Below, one piece after another: positions 59,096-64,000 of a DNA stretch of 64,000 nucleotides. Position 1 is the first letter of the stretch. Each line of letters begins with the position of its first letter. Position numbers and translations under genes: made by a program. Origin of the DNA: an uncultured delta proteobacterium (GTDB taxonomy: Bacteria; Myxococcota_A; Polyangia; Polyangiales; Houyiibacteriaceae); NCBI GenBank assembly GCA_963842915.1, contig CAWJII010000004.1, positions 1 through 64,000 of the forward strand, written 5' to 3'. Below the pieces are notes generated by a model. That model was not told where the DNA came from. It did not search any database and saw only the letters and a program-made list of their open reading frames with translations.

Positions 59096-60031
59096 ATGGC
59101 ATCCGGATCTACCAAGGCCATTTTGGCGGCTCTTTTCGCGAATCTCGGCATCGCGATCGCGAAGTTCGTTGGCTATGCGTTTACTTCGTCCTCGTCGATG
59201 TTGGCCGAGGCCATTCACTCTGTCGCTGATACCTCCAACCAGGCCCTTCTTCTGCTCGGAAGCAGACGCGCTGCAAGAGACGCGACGCCGGAGCATCCAT
59301 TTGGCTTCGGTCGGGAGCGATACTTCTGGTCGTTCATCGTTGCGCTCGTTCTCTTCACGCTCGGGGGGCTCTTTGCGATCTATGAAGGCGTGCATAAGCT
59401 CGGAGAGACCAGTCACGAGGTCTCCAACGTCGGCTGGGCAATCGGGATTCTCGTGCTCGGCATCTTTTTGGAGAGCTACTCCTTTCTCACCGCCGTGAAG
59501 GAATCGCGACCTCTCAAAGGGAAGGCCTCCTGGTGGGAATTCATTCGCCACTCGCGTACACCCGAGCTCCCGGTCGTGCTCCTCGAGGACCTCGGCGCGC
59601 TCATGGGCTTGGTGCTCGCGCTCTTAGGCATATCGATTGCGGCAATCACCGGCGATTTTCGCTGGGACGCCTACGGCACCATCGCCATCGGCACGCTGCT
59701 CGTCGTCATCGCCGCCGTTCTCGTCCTCGAAATGAAGAGCCTCTTGATGGGCGAGTCTGCGCTGGCGCCGATGCGAGCGACGATTGTGAGCGCGATCGAA
59801 GAGAGCGCAGACGTGAAACGCATCCTTCACATGCGCACGCAGCACATCGGGCCCGATGAGCTACTGGTCGCTGCCAAAGTGCAATTGAAGCAGGGCCTCG
59901 ACACGGCCGGTGTTGCGGCCGCGATCAACCAGGCCGAACGGCGCATTCGAGATGCCGTCTCGCTCACCTGCATGATCTACCTCGAACCGGACTTGTTTGA
60001 TCCTGCCCACCCAGACCTCGCCCAGGTCTGA
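59096..60031 (+). CDS. cation diffusion facilitator family transporter
   Basis: 6 TM plus a C-terminal cytoplasmic domain; HSVAD motif. Confidence 0.85.
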   Translation: MASGSTKAILAALFANLGIAIAKFVGYAFTSSSSMLAEAIHSVADTSNQALLLLGSRRAARDATPEHPFGFGRERYFWSFIVALVLFTLGGLFAIYEGVHKLGETSHEVSNVGWAIGILVLGIFLESYSFLTAVKESRPLKGKASWWEFIRHSRTPELPVVLLEDLGALMGLVLALLGISIAAITGDFRWDAYGTIAIGTLLVVIAAVLVLEMKSLLMGESALAPMRATIVSAIEESADVKRILHMRTQHIGPDELLVAAKVQLKQGLDTAGVAAAINQAERRIRDAVSLTCMIYLEPDLFDPAHPDLAQV

Positions 60032-60037
60032 GCCGAG

Positions 60038-61069
60038 CTACCAGTCGATAATCGCAGCGCCCCAGGTGAACCCAGACCCAAAGGCCACCGCGGCGATCTT
60101 CATTCCGCGCTCGAGGCGGCCCTGCCCCTGCGCTTCGGCGAGCATGATCGGGATGGTCGCTGCGGTGGTGTTGCCGTAGCGCTCGATGTTGTGGAAGAGC
60201 TTGTCCTCGGGAATGCCGACTTGCGTGGCGACGTACTGGTTGATTCTCAAGTTGGCCTGATGAAAGAAGAACAGGTCGACGTCGTCGAGCGTGAGGCTCT
60301 GCTTCTGGAACTCTTTCATGAGCGCGCCGATCATGCGCTCGACTGCATTCTTGAAGACTAGACGCCCCGCCATGCGCGCAAACATGTGATCGGGTTCTAC
60401 CTGGCCGACGCCTTCTTCATTTTGCGGAATGAACGGTCGCTTGCTGATGTCCCAAATCTTCTGGGAAAGCGCGTCCGCGTGACGACCATCCGCCCCGAGG
60501 TGCCAGCTGCGAACGCCGCGGTCCTCGCTCGTAGCGCTCACGATCACGGCGCCTGCTCCGTCCCCGAAGAGCGATGCGACATCGCGCCCCGCCGTTCTCA
60601 GGTCGAGTGCCGCCGAATGCACCTCCGCTCCGACGACCACGACGTTGTCGACGGAGCCGGACTGTACCATCGCCGTTGCGGTAGCGAGGCCGTACAAGAA
60701 CCCGGAGCATTGATTGCGCACGTCGAGACAGCCGACGAAGTGGCCCAGGTCAGGGTCGGTCAGCCCGAGCTTGGCTTGAAGGTAGACCCCCGACCCAGGA
60801 AAGGCGTGGTCTGGCGAGAGTGTCGCGAAGATGATCATCCCGATGTCGGTCTTGGCAAGCCCCGCGCGCTCGAGCGCCATCTCTACGGCGGGAACGGCCA
60901 AGTCCGATGTTCCGATCCCCTCCGGCGCGAATCGCCGCTCCTCGATGCCGGTGCGTTTCTCGATCCACTCGTGCGTGGTGTCGATCCCGTAGCGTTTCGA
61001 GAGCTCGTCGTTGCTGACGACGTCTTCCGGTACGTAGAAGCCGGTTCCAGAAATGTACGCGTTTGGCAA
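60038..61069 (-). CDS. fabH: 3-oxoacyl-ACP synthase III (FabH)
   Basis: ISGTGFYVP start region. Active-site Cys in NQCSGFLYG; HQAN and GNTTAA motifs. TTG start with GGAGGA upstream (the track ORF extends ~80 aa further). Confidence 0.85.
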   Translation of the reverse strand: MPNAYISGTGFYVPEDVVSNDELSKRYGIDTTHEWIEKRTGIEERRFAPEGIGTSDLAVPAVEMALERAGLAKTDIGMIIFATLSPDHAFPGSGVYLQAKLGLTDPDLGHFVGCLDVRNQCSGFLYGLATATAMVQSGSVDNVVVVGAEVHSAALDLRTAGRDVASLFGDGAGAVIVSATSEDRGVRSWHLGADGRHADALSQKIWDISKRPFIPQNEEGVGQVEPDHMFARMAGRLVFKNAVERMIGALMKEFQKQSLTLDDVDLFFFHQANLRINQYVATQVGIPEDKLFHNIERYGNTTAATIPIMLAEAQGQGRLERGMKIAAVAFGSGFTWGAAIIDW

Positions 61070-61196
61070 GAGTCCTCCGAGGCGCAATCCGGCGCGAGTA
61101 TGCCAGCAAATGCCGCGCCCCCAACCACAATTCTCACTAGTCGACGGCGCGCAGCCGGTCTGGCAGGATTGCGGCTCTCGCGAAAGAGGTAGGGTC

Positions 61197-62030
61197 GTGA
61201 AAAGCTTCGAAAACAAGGTAGCCGCCATTACGGGCGCGGGGTCCGGCATCGGCCGCGCGTTGGCGATCGAGTTGGGGCGCGCGAATTGCAATCTGGCGCT
61301 GTCCGACCTGAACGAGGAAGGCTTGCAACAGACCGTCGAGCAAGCGCGCGAAGCTGGTGTTCATGTGACCTCTCGAAGAGTCGACGTCGCAGACCGGGAA
61401 GCCGTATATGCCTGGGCCGACGCCGTGCGAGAGGAGCACGGAAAGGTCAATCTGATCTTCAACAACGCTGGCGTGGCGCTCGCCTGCACGGTTGAAGGCA
61501 TGAGCTACGGGGACTTCGAGTGGCTGATGGACGTGAACTTCTGGGGCGTCGTCTACGGGACCAAAGCGTTTCTGCCCCATCTCAAGGCTTCGGGGGACGG
61601 ACACATCATCAATGTCTCGAGCGTGTTCGGACTCGCTGGAATCCCGAGCCAGAGCGCATACAACTCGGCCAAGTTTGCCGTGCGCGGCTTCACCGAGTCG
61701 CTGCGCCAAGAGCTCGACATGATGAGCTGCGGTGTCAGCGCATCGAGCGTCCACCCTGGAGGAATCAAGACCGGCATCGCCCGCTCTTCCCGGATCGACA
61801 GCAGCGTTCGCGACCTGGGCATCAACGACGTCGATAGCAGAGAGAAGTTCGAAAAGACCTTCATCACCGGCGCCGACAAAGCTGCCCGCGAGATCCTCGC
61901 CGGCGTCCGACGCAATCAACGACGAATTCTGGTCGGACCAGACGCCCGCGTCTTCGACTGGGTCGTTCGACTGCTACCCTCCACCTACCAGCGAATCGCC
62001 GTCGGTTATTCCAAGTTCAGCGCCAAGTAG
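61197..62030 (+). CDS. SDR family oxidoreductase
   Basis: GTG start; TGAGSGIG; NNAG; YNSAK. Confidence 0.85.
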   Translation: MKSFENKVAAITGAGSGIGRALAIELGRANCNLALSDLNEEGLQQTVEQAREAGVHVTSRRVDVADREAVYAWADAVREEHGKVNLIFNNAGVALACTVEGMSYGDFEWLMDVNFWGVVYGTKAFLPHLKASGDGHIINVSSVFGLAGIPSQSAYNSAKFAVRGFTESLRQELDMMSCGVSASSVHPGGIKTGIARSSRIDSSVRDLGINDVDSREKFEKTFITGADKAAREILAGVRRNQRRILVGPDARVFDWVVRLLPSTYQRIAVGYSKFSAK

Positions 62031-62045
62031 CTCCGCGAGTCCCTC

Positions 62046-62597
62046 GTGAACCCCAAGTACATCCCAAACGCGATCTGCATCGTGCGCATCATCTTGGTAG
62101 CGCCGATCGTCTGGAGCCTGCTCGAGGGCCGCTATGGTCTCGCCCTGGGTTTGATTCTGATCGCAGGGCTCTCGGATGCCCTAGACGGCTTTTTGGCGAG
62201 GCGGTTCGACTGGCGGACACGCTTGGGAGGATTGCTGGACCCAGCCGCAGACAAGCTCCTGATGTTCGCCGCATATGTCACTCTCGCTGTCATTGGATTG
62301 GTTCCGGTCTGGTTCTCGGCGGTCGTGGTCGGACGCGACCTGGTCATCATCACCGGAACCATCGTCTACCAAGTCTACGTCGCCCCTGTCCACGGCGAGC
62401 CCACCAGCGCAAGCAAGCTCAACACCGTCCTCCAGATCCTCTTCGTCCTGCTCACCATCAGCCACGCCTGGCGCGGCCAGCCCCCCATGCTCGCCCTCCG
62501 AGTCCTAGGCGCCGCCATCCTCGTCACCATCACCATCAGCACCGTTCAATACGTGACGACTGGCCTGAGCCGAGCCCGCGAAAAACAGTCACGCTAG
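62046..62597 (+). CDS. CDP-alcohol phosphatidyltransferase family protein (PgsA-like)
   Basis: DALDGFLARRFDWRTRLGGLLDPAADK matches D(G)x2AR…G…D…D. Confidence 0.85.
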   Translation: MNPKYIPNAICIVRIILVAPIVWSLLEGRYGLALGLILIAGLSDALDGFLARRFDWRTRLGGLLDPAADKLLMFAAYVTLAVIGLVPVWFSAVVVGRDLVIITGTIVYQVYVAPVHGEPTSASKLNTVLQILFVLLTISHAWRGQPPMLALRVLGAAILVTITISTVQYVTTGLSRAREKQSR

Positions 62598-62600
62598 GCG

Positions 62601-63284
62601 CTAGGGTCGCGGCAGCGGGGTGTTGGGGGTCTTGCCTTCCATTCGATGGGAGACGAAGTCATCCAGGGTCGCGTGCTGGAGGTAGGGGTTTTCTTTGAGC
62701 TCTTCGTCTAGGGTCGAGACGGTGACCGGGCCGTAGTTGTGGCCCGGGTACATGCGGGTTTCGCTGGGGAGCCCTTCGGTCAGAGTCTTCAGCGTTCGGT
62801 ACATGACCTCCGGATCACCGCCGACGAAGTCGCAACGGCCGCAGCCCTGAATGAAGAGGGTATCGCCGGTGACGATGGCGTCGCGGATGCGATAGGTCGT
62901 CGAACCAGGCGTATGCCCGGGGGTGTGCAGCATCGTGATCTCTAGATGCTCGCCGACGCGCAGGACGTCGCCTGGGCTCTGGCGCTGCAGGTTCTCGCAA
63001 CGGAAGCCCGAAAAGTCGATCTCTTCGCCGAGCATGTGCACCGGCACATCCCGCTTTTCGAGAATGGCCTCGACACGATTCACGTGGTCGAAGTGACTGT
63101 GCGTGCACAGGATCTTGCTGATCTCGACGTCGAGGCGCTTCGCCTCTTCGAGAATGAAGTCCGCGTCCCAGGCAGGGTCGACCACCGCGCATTTGCGCGT
63201 CGTCTTGTCGCCTACGAAATAGATGAAGTTGTCCCAGGGGCCAAGCTCGAACTGGTGAACGAAAATCTCCGACTCCGCGCTCAT
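62601..63284 (-). CDS. MBL-fold metallo-hydrolase (hydroxyacylglutathione hydrolase-like)
   Basis: THSHFDH; downstream H and D ligands. Confidence 0.8.
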   Translation of the reverse strand: MSAESEIFVHQFELGPWDNFIYFVGDKTTRKCAVVDPAWDADFILEEAKRLDVEISKILCTHSHFDHVNRVEAILEKRDVPVHMLGEEIDFSGFRCENLQRQSPGDVLRVGEHLEITMLHTPGHTPGSTTYRIRDAIVTGDTLFIQGCGRCDFVGGDPEVMYRTLKTLTEGLPSETRMYPGHNYGPVTVSTLDEELKENPYLQHATLDDFVSHRMEGKTPNTPLPRP

Positions 63285-63285
63285 C

Positions 63286-64000
<715 letters not shown>

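Overview
Scope: this is a high-GC (roughly 68-70% by eye) bacterial chromosomal segment. I infer Myxococcota-like gene content from the many lipobox lipoproteins, a Ser/Thr kinase-PP2C pair, roadblock/LC7 and DUF4388 signalling proteins, RCC1-like and beta-propeller lipoproteins, and J-domain/TPR proteins. I annotated about 60 protein-coding genes and found no rRNA, no complete tRNA and no CRISPR array by reading. Because the GC is so high, many long ORFs in the six-frame track are wrong-frame or antisense artefacts, and I ignored them.

Main gene content:
- Lipid metabolism is prominent. It includes WS/DGAT, an EXPERA/EBP-like membrane protein, an apparently frameshifted neutral ceramidase, a PQQ sugar dehydrogenase, a DAGK_cat lipid kinase, PlsC-type acyltransferase, an AGPS-like FAD oxidase with a GST partner, FabH and a CDP-alcohol phosphatidyltransferase.
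- A fatty-acid/leucine-type catabolic block holds two acyl-CoA dehydrogenases flanking a 16-bp palindrome, a MerR/LiuR-like regulator, a BKACE enzyme, CoA-transferase A/B and an AtoE transporter.
- There is an NfeD-flotillin operon.
- A six-gene operon encodes HK, roadblock, MBL (possibly di-iron), a DUF4388 response regulator, a MotB-like protein and a membrane roadblock protein.
- Glutathione/formaldehyde genes (GFA, GloB-like MBL, FrmA) sit at the far end.

The most unusual stretch is an accessory patch at about 4.9-9.0 kb:
- an IS91-family transposase N-terminal remnant;
- two 106-bp tandem repeats whose first copy begins with a tRNA 3'-end mimic (T-arm plus acceptor strand) but has no complete tRNA;
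- a perfect 18-bp-arm AT-rich palindrome placed just after a TTGACA hexamer and covering the start codon of an overlapping two-gene module of unknown function. I propose this as a candidate toxin-antitoxin/defence-like system;
- a TraR/DksA zinc-finger gene and a low-GC secreted protein.

A repeated element of about 65 bp brackets the first two genes of the window.
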